From an uncultured Gammaproteobacteria bacterium (GTDB lineage: Bacteria; Pseudomonadota; Gammaproteobacteria; Pseudomonadales; Porticoccaceae): 64,000 nt of DNA. Location of the stretch: contig CAVPTW010000018.1 in the NCBI GenBank assembly GCA_963708735.1, positions 1,672-65,671 of the forward strand, given 5' to 3'. Positions within the stretch are counted from its first letter, which is position 1; every line of letters starts with the position of its first letter. Positions 41,173 to 52,713 of this stretch are shown here, in pieces. The notes under the pieces are model-generated. The model saw nothing but the letters and a program-made list of their open reading frames with translations, was not told the DNA's origin and did not search any database. The position numbers and the translations under genes were made by a program.

Positions 41173-41323
41173 GGTTCCTCACGCAAGAAAGCCCCTCGCA
41201 AAACCATGCAACGCCATGAAAAAATTTGGGTTTTCAACACAACAGGCCTTGCTTGGCGCAGCGCTGGCCGGGTTGCGATGATAAACCATCCCTTCCCACC
41301 AAGTCTGCCGGAAACGGCCCCCC

Positions 41324-41920
41324 TCAGGGCGCGGCCGGCGCCGGTTCCACTGACTTTTCTGGCCGGTGTTCAGGGCTCGCCTCGGGCACGAAAACCAGCG
41401 CAGCGGAATTCAGGCAGTAGCGCAAGCCGGTGGGCGGCGGCCCGTCCTCGAACACATGCCCGAGATGCTCGCCGCACTTCGACAGCACCTCGGTGCGGTG
41501 CATGCCCCAGGCCCGGTCGGGTTTCAGCACGACGTTGCCCCGTTCCAGCACATCGCGAAAACTGGGCCAACCGGTCCCGGAATCGTATTTGTCTCGGGAG
41601 TGAAATACCGGCAGCCGGCAACCGGCGGTGAGGTAAGTGCCGACCTGCCTGTTGTCATGGAGCGCGCCGGTGAACGGGCGCTCGGTCGCTCCGCGCCACA
41701 GCACATCGTATTGCTCCGGGGTCAGCAATTGCTTCCACACCGGTTTGGGAATGGTCTCCAGATGTTCGCCCTTCGCGATCAGCTCGCGCGCCTGCGCCAC
41801 CGTCATCTCCGCCACCGTCATCGCGGACTCCGTGCTCCAGGCGACCCGCCCGGCCATCAACGCACCCGCCGTCAGCGCCGCAATGGTCGCGCCGGCCAGT
41901 ACCCGCAACCTTTTGTTCAT
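41324..41920 (-). CDS. msrB: Peptide-methionine (R)-S-oxide reductase with an N-terminal signal peptide
   Basis: Motifs GTGWPSF, HLGHVFEDGP and the catalytic RYCLNSAAL. The N-terminus MNKRLRVLAGATIAALTAGALMA looks like a signal peptide. Confidence 0.88.
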   Translation of the reverse strand: MNKRLRVLAGATIAALTAGALMAGRVAWSTESAMTVAEMTVAQARELIAKGEHLETIPKPVWKQLLTPEQYDVLWRGATERPFTGALHDNRQVGTYLTAGCRLPVFHSRDKYDSGTGWPSFRDVLERGNVVLKPDRAWGMHRTEVLSKCGEHLGHVFEDGPPPTGLRYCLNSAALVFVPEASPEHRPEKSVEPAPAAP

Positions 41921-42039
41921 GCCTCTCGGCTCCCGCCCTATCGCGTGCCTTGGGACGCCGGAAAATGGATGCCGGTTCCGGCACTGGTCCTGGCTGTGAT
42001 TGAATGTGGCTCACCCATAACCGATAAGAGGCAAGGCCC

Positions 42040-42933
42040 ATGGCGCGCAAAAAAGTCTGGATCGAAGTGGCGCTGAACGGCGCCTGGCCCCGCGCCCTGC
42101 AACCCAATATCCCGGTCACAGCTGCCGAAATCATCGCCGAAGGCGTGGCTTGCGTGAAGGCGGGGGCGGCCATAGTCCACGCCCATACGCTCGATCCGGT
42201 CAGTGGTCGCCAGAATGCCGATCCGGACAACTGCCAGGCCTTCATCGCAGGTATCCAGCGCCAGGTGGACGCCATCGTCTACCCTACCGCTGTGGGCTTG
42301 CCGATGCCCGAGGATGCCGCCCTGCGCTGCGCCACCACCGACGAGCTGACCCGGCGCGGCGCGCTGGAATGGGGCGTGCTCGACCCCGGTTCCTGCAATT
42401 TTTCCACCCGCGAGAGCGCGGCCAATCTGTTCGGCAGTGACGGCGATGTCTATATCAACGGACCGCGCGTGCTGCGCGCCAGCGCCGAACGCGCCGCCCA
42501 AAACGGCTGGCGCCCCGCGTATGCCTGTTACGAGCCGGGCTTCATCCGCGAAGGCGCCAAGTTGCACCGCGACATCCCCAGCCTCAAAACCCCGGTGTTC
42601 CGTTTCATGCTGTCGAGCGGTTTCACGTTCTGCTTTCCGCCGCGCGACTGGGCGGTGGAAGCACTGGCCAGGCTGATGGCCGAGGAAGCGCCGGGCGCAC
42701 CCTGGATGGTGGCGGGGTTGCATGTGGATCTGATCCCGCTGATTCCCGCCATCGTGGCCCTGGGCGGCCATGTGCGGGTGGGACTGGAAGACGCGCCATT
42801 CCATTGTCAGCGTCGCAATGTCGAGCTGGTTGCCGAGGCGGCGGCCGCGATTCGCGCCGCAGGAGCAGAACCGGCCAGCGCAGCGGATGTGCGCGCCAGT
42901 CTGGAGATGGCCGACGCGGCGCGGGCGGCCTAG
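42040..42933 (+). CDS. 3-keto-5-aminohexanoate cleavage enzyme family (BKACE/DUF849) protein
   Basis: The N-terminus VWIEVALNGAW......PVTAAEIIAEGVACVKAGAAIVHAH is characteristic of BKACE. The length is 297 aa. Confidence 0.75.
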   Translation: MARKKVWIEVALNGAWPRALQPNIPVTAAEIIAEGVACVKAGAAIVHAHTLDPVSGRQNADPDNCQAFIAGIQRQVDAIVYPTAVGLPMPEDAALRCATTDELTRRGALEWGVLDPGSCNFSTRESAANLFGSDGDVYINGPRVLRASAERAAQNGWRPAYACYEPGFIREGAKLHRDIPSLKTPVFRFMLSSGFTFCFPPRDWAVEALARLMAEEAPGAPWMVAGLHVDLIPLIPAIVALGGHVRVGLEDAPFHCQRRNVELVAEAAAAIRAAGAEPASAADVRASLEMADAARAA

Positions 42934-42948
42934 CCGGCTGCCCGGCAC

Positions 42949-43776
42949 TCACAGACGGCGATGCTCCAGCACCGGCATATCGGTGCGGATGCGGGCCAGC
43001 CGTTCGGTGTCGATGTCCGCCAGGATGACGCCTTCGCCGTCTTCGAGCTCCGCCACCACCTCGCCCCAGGGATCGACGATGGCGCTGCCGCCCCAGATGG
43101 GTCGCGTGGGGTGCTCCCGATGGCCGAGATCGGCGCCGATCACATAGCACTGGTTCTCGACCGCGCGCGCCCGCAGCAACAGGCGCCAGTGCGCGGCGCC
43201 GGTGGTGGCGGTGAAAGCCGAAGGCACCGCCATCAGGGTGGCGCCGCGCGCGGCATAACCGCGATAGAGCTCGGGAAACCGCAGGTCGTAACACACGCTG
43301 ATGCCGAGCTTGCCGAACGGCGTGTGGACCACCACCGGATCCTGTCCGGGGCGGAAGCTGTCGGACTCGCAGTAGCGGCGACCCGCGGCCGCGACGGTGA
43401 CATCGAACAGATGAATCTTGTGGTAGCGCGCCACTTCCTCGCCGCTGTCGTTATAGAGCAGCGCGGCGGCAAAGGGTCGCGGATCGGTATCCCCGGCCAG
43501 ACCGCTGAACAAAGGCAGAGTGCCGCCCAGGATCCACACCCCGTGGCGCCGCGCGCGCTCGGCCAGAAACGCGCGGGCCGGACCGGCCGCGTCTTTTTCC
43601 GCACCGGCCGCGGCGGCCAGTCCGGCGGCATCCGCGCCGTAATAGGCGAAGTTCTCGGGCAACACCAGCAGCCGGGCGCCCTTGCCGGCCGCCTCGTCGA
43701 TCAGGGCTCCGGCCCGCGCCAGCTTGTGGTCGCGATCGCCGTCGCCGCGCAGTTGAATGGCTGCCAACCGGTGCAT
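42949..43776 (-). CDS. Carbon-nitrogen hydrolase family protein (Nit-like)
   Basis: The catalytic contexts [15 protein letters not shown] and [14 protein letters not shown] are present. Confidence 0.85.
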   Translation of the reverse strand: MHRLAAIQLRGDGDRDHKLARAGALIDEAAGKGARLLVLPENFAYYGADAAGLAAAAGAEKDAAGPARAFLAERARRHGVWILGGTLPLFSGLAGDTDPRPFAAALLYNDSGEEVARYHKIHLFDVTVAAAGRRYCESDSFRPGQDPVVVHTPFGKLGISVCYDLRFPELYRGYAARGATLMAVPSAFTATTGAAHWRLLLRARAVENQCYVIGADLGHREHPTRPIWGGSAIVDPWGEVVAELEDGEGVILADIDTERLARIRTDMPVLEHRRL

Positions 43777-43790
43777 GGCCGCGTCCTCCG

Positions 43791-46700
43791 CTATTTCGCC
43801 GAATCGCTGAAAATGCGCTCGACTTCGATGTGGGGATCCTCCCAGGGACCGGTGACCCGGTACCCCAGGCTGGAAATTTTATCGACCTGACGATCAAACA
43901 CCCGACTCGTGAGATACACGCCGGCCGCCGCCGGCAGTCCGCCCGCCAGGGCGGCGATCCAGGGCAGGTTGGTGCCCACCGGCAGGGTCGCCACCAGGTG
44001 CGCATCGATGGTTTCGTCCACCAGGTTGGCACGGCCTTCCAGACGCATCCTGCCCGAGGGTAAATCGACTTTTACAGGATTGGCAAAAATCAGGGTGCCG
44101 GTGTCGAAGGTCAGGGTGGTTTTTACCGCGTCGAAAGCCACTCCGCTGGCGAACAGGTCGGAAAAATCGAGACGCAGGCGACGCAACCAGGTATCGAAGT
44201 TGATCAAACCGATCAGTTTCATCGCGACGCTGGAGGCGGCGCCCGACGTCCGGTGAAAGGAGCCCTTCAGGATCTGTATCCCCACATCGCCGCGCAGCAC
44301 CCGGGCACTGAATTTCCAGGGTTTGTCGTCCCATTCCAGCACGGTCGTGAAGGTCGAGTGCGCGCTCTCGATGGCGCCCGGCAAACCCCAGGCGCGCAGC
44401 ACTCCGGCCAGATCATCGCTCTCGAGGACGCTCTCGAACCGGGTCTGGTCGTGCTCGCCGAGCCGACGCCATAGCAGCGTGGAGGAACCCTCCCCGCTAC
44501 CGACCGCGAGGCCGGTGATCTCGCCACGCAGCGCGCTGGCCTGGATGCCGTCCGGCACCCGGCGCAGGGCAAACCCGAGATGGCCCAGCTCCCGCTCGCC
44601 GACGCGCAGGCCCTGGGTGGAGAAGTCCAGATCCGGGAGCGACCGGGGATCGAATTGCGTCAGCACGCCCTGGTCGCCGGCGAAATCCGGTTTGGGCAGC
44701 ACCAGATGATCCAGATGCAACCCGACCGGGCTGCCATCCAGCGGGACCACCAGGTCGCCCGCCGCCGTGGCGCTGACGCCGTGCAGGCGCCAGGCGCCAT
44801 CCGCCACTGCTCCGGCAACCCTGATGCCATCGAGTTGCAGCCCCATTGCCTGCAACCTGTCTATCTGCAAGCTCAGGCGCGGCGCAGGGGCGCTCATGAA
44901 ATCCCGCGGTCCCGCCCCGGCGGGCAGGCGTGCACGCCAGGCATCGACATCCAGCGCGCCGAGGTGGCCGCGCACGCTCAGGCCCGGCGTGGACGGCAGC
45001 TCTGCCGCCACGCCGCCAAGGGCCACCTCGGCACGCTCGATCCGGCCATTCCCGAACCGGGCGCGGGCCGCCAGATCGGTGCCCAGATGGGTGTCCACGT
45101 CGATATTCTTGGCGCCGAAAGTCAGGCGCGTGGTCAAGGTCAGCGGCGCATCGGGATTCACTTTCGCGAACGGCGCCGGCAGGCTGGAACGGACACCCTG
45201 GAGACTGGATTCCAGCACCAGTTGCGACGGCTTCCCGTCGCCGGGAATGCGATAACTGACGGAGTAATCTGTGTCTCCCGCTACCGTGCCCCGCAGCCAG
45301 TCTGGCCACACCGGCAAATCTTCCACCGCGACCTGGCCGCGTGACTCGATCCAGGTCTGGCCGTGCAGGTCGCCGTGAACGGTCGCCTGCAGTTCCTGAC
45401 CCCAGAAGCGCGCCGTAAGCCCGTTTGCCGTCAAGCCATCGGCCTCGGAAAAAGTGAGGTCGCCACGGATGCGTTCGAATTTCAGGCCGCTCGCGCGGTG
45501 CGTCAGTGCCGCATCCGCGAGTTTGGCGGCGACCCGATAACGTTCGCCGGTGCTCTGTTTCGACAGCGGAATCCGCAGATCCAGGGCGACCGCGACCGGA
45601 CCCTCGGCCTGCCAGTCGCGCAGCGGTTCGATCCGGCTCCGCAGGGGCGATTGCGCCAGTACCCCGAGCGCCCGTGAAACCTCGGTCGCGGCAGTGGCGG
45701 TGACCGCCAGCAACGGCTTGCTGTTGCCCGCCACCTCGATAGTCCGAAACCGGATGTCCCGCACCGGGACACCGGCGATGGTCGCGGCCTCCGCCCGGCC
45801 GGACACATCGGTATTGTCGACCACGACATAGGCATTCACATCGGTCAACCCCGGCCACCCGGGATCGTAGTCGATCGCTGCTTCCGCCACCCGGGCATAA
45901 ACCTCGATGGCCCGGTGCGGGCCGGCCTCCTTCGCGATGGTCCCGCGCCAGATGAATCCCCCTTCGACCACGCGCATGTCGCCCAGGGAGCGGTCGAGCC
46001 ACTGCAACAGCTCCGGCTCCAGCACCCGGGGAATGTACTGTCGCGCATACGCCGCATCGCTGTTGCGGATGCCGGCGCTGAGCCAGAGTTCGCCGTGGGC
46101 GCCGTGGACCAGCGGCTGGTACAGGCTGAAGGCCGCGCGAATGCTGCCCGCGTCGCCGCTGGCGTCGATGTCGAGCGGAGCACCCTGGATCGTCAGCGCC
46201 GAATAGTCGTCATTGAGCGCGAAATCCACGCGGCCACGGACTTGCCCCACGCGGGAAAAATGGTCATAGGCCTCGGGAAACAGTATCGCCAGCTCGGTCT
46301 TGCCATCCAGGGTCAGGACACCATCGTGGCCCGTCGCCGCCAGCGTTCCGGACACACCGGTCAGCGCCGGGCTGCCGTGCCAGGACGCGACCGCCACATT
46401 TTCGAGTGTCGCTCGAAATCCGGTCACATTGCCGGGGCGGCCGAGATCGATGTCCACCCGGGGATACGCCAGCCGCCCGGTCGGATTCAGCGCGGCAATC
46501 ACTTCAGCGGCGGGCTTTGGAAGCAGGTCGCTGGCGAGTGCCATGGCGTTGAGCGTGCCCAGATCGAGATGATCGGCGGCCAGACTGAATTGGGGGCTAG
46601 CGGCGCCCAGGCGCTGGCGAAACTCCAGGGTCAGTGGCGCGATGTCGCGCCCATTCCAGGTGAAGGCAAGCTGCTGCAGACGCAAGCCCCAGTCGTCGGG

Positions 46701-47627
46701 GCCGAGCCAGCCGGTGATATCGGCCTTGAGATCGCGCAGCGGGCTCGCCGTGGGCGCTGCCCCCAGCGGCACACTGTCGGTGGCGACCCGCCCGACGATC
46801 TCGGCTCGGCCGTCCCCGGCTGCGGTCAACCATATCTCGGCATCTACGGGCGCCGCGACTGGCACCAGCCGCTGCACCCAATCCGGCGTCAGACCGCGCA
46901 ATATCACCCCGAGCGATCCGGCGAGATTGAGCCGCGACAGTTTCAGGTAGCTGCTGCCCTCCAGATCGCGCCAGTCCGCAGCGTTCGCGCCGACGCCGCG
47001 CCACTCCGCGAGGGCCGTCGCAAACTCTTGCCCGGCAATTTCCAGAGTAGCGCCGGCGCGATGAAAATCACCGCTGTTTTCCAGCAGCAGATTGTTCGCC
47101 GCGATCAGCTCACTGGCGCCGGAGCGGAAATGGAGGGTGATTTCAGCCCGCGCAACGCGCGTCCGCCGACTTGCCAGCAGCATGTCGATCACCTGCCTCG
47201 CCGCGCCCTGCGTATTGGGTGCGCCGCTATCCAGGGCCCAGCCGGTGGGCGTTTCCGTGAGACGGATCTGCAAACGGGCGAGCGACAGGTCGGACCAGAC
47301 CGGCCGGCGGGCGAACAGACTGTGGAACAGATCAACCTCTGCGTCCAGGGCATCCATCACCAGAAACGGCGGCTGGCCAGATGCAGCGGCCACACGCACT
47401 GATCCCGCCCATAAATGCGGCGACAACCGGGTCCAGGCGCCGTTCAGTTGCCGGGCCTCGGCGACGGCGCCCAGACGTTCGGACAGGACGGAGTCGAGCC
47501 GCGGTTGCAGATGGTCCAGCCGCGGCAGCAACTCCCGGCCCACCCCCACCAGCAGGGCATAAGCGATGACGAGCAGCGCCGAGCATGCCCAGACCCAACG
47601 CACCAGACGTCCCGCCATGCCCGCCAT
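43791..47627 (-). CDS. yhdP: YhdP-family (AsmA-like) envelope lipid-transport protein
   Basis: It is a 1278-aa protein with an N-terminal TM anchor. It lies immediately downstream of rng on the minus strand, the conserved position for yhdP. Confidence 0.8.
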   Translation of the reverse strand: MAGMAGRLVRWVWACSALLVIAYALLVGVGRELLPRLDHLQPRLDSVLSERLGAVAEARQLNGAWTRLSPHLWAGSVRVAAASGQPPFLVMDALDAEVDLFHSLFARRPVWSDLSLARLQIRLTETPTGWALDSGAPNTQGAARQVIDMLLASRRTRVARAEITLHFRSGASELIAANNLLLENSGDFHRAGATLEIAGQEFATALAEWRGVGANAADWRDLEGSSYLKLSRLNLAGSLGVILRGLTPDWVQRLVPVAAPVDAEIWLTAAGDGRAEIVGRVATDSVPLGAAPTASPLRDLKADITGWLGPDDWGLRLQQLAFTWNGRDIAPLTLEFRQRLGAASPQFSLAADHLDLGTLNAMALASDLLPKPAAEVIAALNPTGRLAYPRVDIDLGRPGNVTGFRATLENVAVASWHGSPALTGVSGTLAATGHDGVLTLDGKTELAILFPEAYDHFSRVGQVRGRVDFALNDDYSALTIQGAPLDIDASGDAGSIRAAFSLYQPLVHGAHGELWLSAGIRNSDAAYARQYIPRVLEPELLQWLDRSLGDMRVVEGGFIWRGTIAKEAGPHRAIEVYARVAEAAIDYDPGWPGLTDVNAYVVVDNTDVSGRAEAATIAGVPVRDIRFRTIEVAGNSKPLLAVTATAATEVSRALGVLAQSPLRSRIEPLRDWQAEGPVAVALDLRIPLSKQSTGERYRVAAKLADAALTHRASGLKFERIRGDLTFSEADGLTANGLTARFWGQELQATVHGDLHGQTWIESRGQVAVEDLPVWPDWLRGTVAGDTDYSVSYRIPGDGKPSQLVLESSLQGVRSSLPAPFAKVNPDAPLTLTTRLTFGAKNIDVDTHLGTDLAARARFGNGRIERAEVALGGVAAELPSTPGLSVRGHLGALDVDAWRARLPAGAGPRDFMSAPAPRLSLQIDRLQAMGLQLDGIRVAGAVADGAWRLHGVSATAAGDLVVPLDGSPVGLHLDHLVLPKPDFAGDQGVLTQFDPRSLPDLDFSTQGLRVGERELGHLGFALRRVPDGIQASALRGEITGLAVGSGEGSSTLLWRRLGEHDQTRFESVLESDDLAGVLRAWGLPGAIESAHSTFTTVLEWDDKPWKFSARVLRGDVGIQILKGSFHRTSGAASSVAMKLIGLINFDTWLRRLRLDFSDLFASGVAFDAVKTTLTFDTGTLIFANPVKVDLPSGRMRLEGRANLVDETIDAHLVATLPVGTNLPWIAALAGGLPAAAGVYLTSRVFDRQVDKISSLGYRVTGPWEDPHIEVERIFSDSAK

Positions 47628-47687
47628 GGTTACTGCTGCGCGGGCAACTGCGGCGGGACGCGTTGGCGGCAGCGGCGTCCCGCCAGG

Positions 47688-49169
47688 TCAGAGCGGCACA
47701 ATGTCGAATTGCTCCTGCGAATAAAGGCTCTCCACCCGGAATTCGATCGGCCGCTTGATGAAAGCCTCGAGATCGGCAACATCGGTGGAGTTCTCGGAGA
47801 GCAGGCGGTCGATCACGCTGTGCGCGGCCATCACGCGAATTTTCTGGCACTCGAACGTCCGTGCTTCACGCAGAATCTCGCGGAATATCTCGAAGGTGAC
47901 GGTCTCGGGCGACTTCATGTAGCCCCTGCCGTTACAGACACCACAGGGCTCGCAGAGTTGCTGCTGCAGGTTCTCGTGGGTGCGCTTGCGGGTCATTTCC
48001 ACCAGGCCGAGCTGGGATACGCCGGAAATCGTGAGTTTGGCGCGATCCGTGGCGAGCGCGTTCTCCAGGGCGCGCAACACCTGGCGGCGGTGTTCGGGAT
48101 CCTGCATATCGATGAAGTCGAGGATGATGATGCCGCCCAGGTTGCGCAGGCGGATCTGGCGGGCGATGGCGCCCGCCGCCTCGACATTGGTCTTGAAGAT
48201 GGTCTGTTCGAGGTTGTGACGACCGGTGTAGGAGCCGGTGTTGACGTCGATGGTCGTCATCGCCTCGTTCTGATCGATGACCAGATAGCCGCCCGATTTG
48301 AGGTCCACGCGCCGCTCCAGCGCGCGCGATATTTCCTCTTCGACGCCGTACAGCGAAAACAGCGGGCGCTCGCCCCGGTAGCGCTCGATCAGGTCCCGGA
48401 CTTCGGAATTGAAGTAGGCAGTGAAGCGCCCGAGCAGGTCGAATACCTCGTCGGAATCCACCCGGATACGGTCGATGCCTTCGGGATTTAGATCGCGCAA
48501 GGTGCGCAGGGTCAGCGGCAGGTCTTCGTACAGACAGCCAACGGTCTCGCTGGAAGCGATCTTGTCCTTGACGTAGGCCCAGAGCCGGTGGAGAAACGCG
48601 ACTTCCGCGCTCAACTCCTCGCGGGTTGCGCCTTCGGCGACGGTGCGGATGATGTAGCCGCTGGGTTCCTCGCACACTTCCTGCCCGGCGATCGCCAGTT
48701 CGAGCGCCTGCCGCAGGCGCTCGCGCTCGGCTTCGTCCTCGATCCGCTGCGAAATGCCGATGTGATCGGTCTTGGGCATGAACACCAGCAAGCGCGAGGA
48801 CACCGAAAGGAAGGTGGTGAGGCGCGGCCCCTTGGTCCCGATGGGGTCTTTCAGCACCTGTACCGCCAGCAGGTCGCCCTCGTGCAGCAGCTCGCGGATA
48901 TCGCGCTCGCCGCTCGCCCAGCGGTCGACCGTCTCGCCGGCGCGCGGGCGCAGGTCGTTGATGTGGATGAAGCCGGCCTTGTCGCGCCCGATATCGATGA
49001 AGGCAGCCTGCATTCCAGGCATCACCCGAACCACCTTGCCCTTGTAGATATTGCCTACCAGGCCGCGTTTTTGCGCGCGCTCGATGCTGATTTCCTGCAG
49101 CACCCCGTTGTCGACCCGGGCGACCCGGGTCTCCGAGGGCGTGATGTTGATCAGTATCTCTCCGCTCAT
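47688..49169 (-). CDS. rng: Ribonuclease G
   Basis: It has an S1-like N-terminus (NIYKGKVVRVMPGMQAAFIDIG) and the RNase E/G catalytic core (GGIIILDFIDM). Confidence 0.93.
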   Translation of the reverse strand: MSGEILINITPSETRVARVDNGVLQEISIERAQKRGLVGNIYKGKVVRVMPGMQAAFIDIGRDKAGFIHINDLRPRAGETVDRWASGERDIRELLHEGDLLAVQVLKDPIGTKGPRLTTFLSVSSRLLVFMPKTDHIGISQRIEDEAERERLRQALELAIAGQEVCEEPSGYIIRTVAEGATREELSAEVAFLHRLWAYVKDKIASSETVGCLYEDLPLTLRTLRDLNPEGIDRIRVDSDEVFDLLGRFTAYFNSEVRDLIERYRGERPLFSLYGVEEEISRALERRVDLKSGGYLVIDQNEAMTTIDVNTGSYTGRHNLEQTIFKTNVEAAGAIARQIRLRNLGGIIILDFIDMQDPEHRRQVLRALENALATDRAKLTISGVSQLGLVEMTRKRTHENLQQQLCEPCGVCNGRGYMKSPETVTFEIFREILREARTFECQKIRVMAAHSVIDRLLSENSTDVADLEAFIKRPIEFRVESLYSQEQFDIVPL

Positions 49170-49822
49170 ATCCGGCTCGGTCCGCAGTCGATGGCAAAAT
49201 CACACAACAGTTTATAGGTTTCAGCCACCGGGAGCCCGACCACGCCGGAGTAGCTGCCCTCGATGCGGGTCACGAAGATACCGCCCATACCCTGTAGTGC
49301 GTAGCCGCCGGCCTTGTCCGCCGGTTCGCCGCTGTGCCAGTAGGATCGGCATTCGGCGGTCGATAACTCACGGAAGGTCACCGCGGTCTCTACCAGGACG
49401 CCGGCCGCGGCCGCGCCCCGGACCAGCGCGACCGCGGTGAGGACCTGATGGGTGCGTCCGGACAATGCCATCAGCATGGCGACCGCCTCGGCTTCACCAG
49501 CGGGTTTGCCGAGCATACGGCCCTCGCACACCACGGTGGTGTCCGCACCCAGCACCGGCAGGACAGCGCCGATGGCGTCGGCGACGGCGCGCGCCTTGGC
49601 AAGCGCCAGGCGCGCCACATAGTCGCGCGGCCGTTCGGCGGGTTTGGGGGTTTCATCGAGATGCGCGGGAACCACGGCGAAGCGGACGCCGATACCCGCC
49701 AGCAGGGCGCTGCGCCGTGGCGAGGCCGACGCCAGCACCAGATCCGCCGCGGCGAGGGCTACCGCGCCGCCCTGTGCGGGGTTCGCAGCCCTGCGGTCGG
49801 CTGCATCACCAGCTCCGGTCAT
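49166..49822 (-). CDS. maf: Maf-family nucleoside triphosphate pyrophosphatase
   Basis: Motifs LVLASASPRRSALL and GKPAGEAEA; the product also contains AYGIQ-like YALQGMGG. The start is uncertain and a later GTG is possible. Confidence 0.85.
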   Translation of the reverse strand: MTGAGDAADRRAANPAQGGAVALAAADLVLASASPRRSALLAGIGVRFAVVPAHLDETPKPAERPRDYVARLALAKARAVADAIGAVLPVLGADTTVVCEGRMLGKPAGEAEAVAMLMALSGRTHQVLTAVALVRGAAAAGVLVETAVTFRELSTAECRSYWHSGEPADKAGGYALQGMGGIFVTRIEGSYSGVVGLPVAETYKLLCDFAIDCGPSRI

Positions 49823-50285
49823 GCAGCCGACCGAGCAAAAATACCAGCAGCGGCCATACCAGCATCGCACCCAGCGCCGAATAGAACTGGGCGAGGTGCA
49901 GGGTGCCACCCCGTTCCAGCAGGCCAAAGGCCACCATGATCAACTGGAACACCAGTGTCAACGCGCCGGCGACCAGGCACTGATAGGGGATGGTGAAATG
50001 ACGCACCCGGTGTTCGAGCCGTTGTGCCAGGTAGGCCGTGACACAGAACGCCAGGGCGTACTCACCGCCCGGAGTGCCGAGCATCAGGTCGAGCAGCAGG
50101 CCGATCAGAAACGCAAACCCCAGCCCATAGAGGACAGGACCAAACAGCACCCAGTACAGGGTTACCAGCAGGACCAGGGGTGGCATCAGATACTGCGTCC
50201 AGGACCGCGCCCCGTTGATGGTCAGCACCAGCGCGACGCACAGCGAGCCGGCAACCTGCAGCACGGCGTTGCCCCTAGCCGCCAT
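49806..50285 (-). CDS. mreD: Rod shape-determining protein MreD
   Basis: It is a 159-aa polytopic membrane protein directly after mreC. Confidence 0.8.
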   Translation of the reverse strand: MAARGNAVLQVAGSLCVALVLTINGARSWTQYLMPPLVLLVTLYWVLFGPVLYGLGFAFLIGLLLDLMLGTPGGEYALAFCVTAYLAQRLEHRVRHFTIPYQCLVAGALTLVFQLIMVAFGLLERGGTLHLAQFYSALGAMLVWPLLVFLLGRLHDRSW

Positions 50286-51120
50286 GGGGGGCCCCGGACG
50301 CTGGCTCGGGAAATACCAGCAGCAGATGCCGACTGCGATCCAGCTCGGCTGCCGGCGTAACGGTGACCTCGACAAATGGCTGTCCGGGCTGGAGCTCGAT
50401 GCTCGCCACCCGACCGACCGGATAGCCGGCGGGAAAGTGACCCCCGAGGCCCGAGGTCAGCAGCAGATCGTTCACTGCAATCTCCAGCGTCGGCTGCACA
50501 TGGCGCAGCCGCAGACGCCGGTAATCCCCGGTGCCCTCCGCGATGGCGCGCATGTCGGTGCCCGCCACCCGCACCGGCACCGCGTGGCGCTCGTCGCTGA
50601 CCAGCAGGACTTCCGCCCGCTCGGCCGACACCTGCACCACCTGGCCCATCAATCCGCCGCTGTCGAGCACCGCCTGACCGATGAAGACCCCATCGTGCTC
50701 GCCGCGATCGATGGTGATCTGATGGCGTCGGGGATCGGGAGAGACCCCGATCAGCTCCGCCATCAGCAGGCGCAACTTGGGCGTTTGGTGTGCATTGAGG
50801 AGGGTGCGCAGCCGGACATTCTCCGCGCCGAGTTCGGCGAGCTGCTGGAGCTGGCCTTTGAGTACCAGCAGCTCGGCCTGCAGCTGCCGGTTTTTGACGG
50901 CGAGTCCGCCCGGACCGGCGACGTTGGTCCGGCTCCATTCCACCATCTGACCGGGCAGATTGCCCAGCCAGGACAGGGGCCGCGCCGCGGTTTCGAGCCA
51001 GGCGCGCGCCGGGGCGAATACCGCGGTGTAGTGGTCGGCCAGGAGGAGTATCACCGCCAGCGTCACCAACAGCAGCATCCGTGGCGCCGATACCGGTTTG
51101 GTGAAAATCTTGTTCTCCAT
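50275..51120 (-). CDS. mreC: Rod shape-determining protein MreC
   Basis: It has an N-terminal TM helix, a coiled coil (LQAELLVLKGQLQQLAEL) and a beta-rich C-terminus. It lies after mreB. Confidence 0.88.
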   Translation of the reverse strand: MENKIFTKPVSAPRMLLLVTLAVILLLADHYTAVFAPARAWLETAARPLSWLGNLPGQMVEWSRTNVAGPGGLAVKNRQLQAELLVLKGQLQQLAELGAENVRLRTLLNAHQTPKLRLLMAELIGVSPDPRRHQITIDRGEHDGVFIGQAVLDSGGLMGQVVQVSAERAEVLLVSDERHAVPVRVAGTDMRAIAEGTGDYRRLRLRHVQPTLEIAVNDLLLTSGLGGHFPAGYPVGRVASIELQPGQPFVEVTVTPAAELDRSRHLLLVFPEPASGAPHGG

Positions 51121-51169
51121 GGCGCTCCGCGACCGTTCGGCGCAGGGACAGAGAGCTCCCCGAACCGGC

Positions 51170-52222
<1,053 letters not shown>

Positions 52223-52367
52223 CTAAGGGGCCCGGCGGCGGTGCCACCGGACGGCGAATAGGGGTGTGACCGCAGACCAATTCCCGCACCGGGATTCAGC
52301 TCGGGAGGTCATCCGTGCTACCCTGTGGGCGTTGCCGGAAGCTCGTGAAACAGGCGGAAACTATAGC

Positions 52368-52655
52368 ATGTCGATCCAACGCGCCGACATCGAAAAATTG
52401 GCCGAGCTGGCGCGTATCCACGTTAATGAGGATACCGTCACTGCCACGACACTCGGCATCAACCGGGTGCTGGAGTTGATCGATCAGCTGCGCGCCGCCG
52501 ACACCACCGGCATCGCCCCCCTGGCCAACCCCCTCGACGCCACCCAGCGCCTGCGCGAGGATGTGGTCTCTGAGTTCGTCGATCGGGATGCACTCCAGGC
52601 CGTCGCCCCGGCGGTCGAGGGCGGACTCTACCTGGTGCCCAAAGTCGTCGAGTGA
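52368..52655 (+). CDS. gatC: Asp/Glu-tRNA amidotransferase subunit C
   Basis: The product starts [17 protein letters not shown], is 95 aa long, and precedes gatA. Confidence 0.9.
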   Translation: MSIQRADIEKLAELARIHVNEDTVTATTLGINRVLELIDQLRAADTTGIAPLANPLDATQRLREDVVSEFVDRDALQAVAPAVEGGLYLVPKVVE

Positions 52656-52713
52656 GCGTGCGCACGCCGCCAGCGCTGGCGGCACCCCGCAGCCCTGTAC
52701 CGGACCCTGTTCA

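Noticed and set aside
41173-41323. A possible sigma-54 promoter (TGGCGTTGCATGG on the minus strand) upstream of fdsG.
   Set aside because: The GG and GC elements are only a few bases apart, not the roughly 10-nt spacing of TGGCAC-N5-TTGC.
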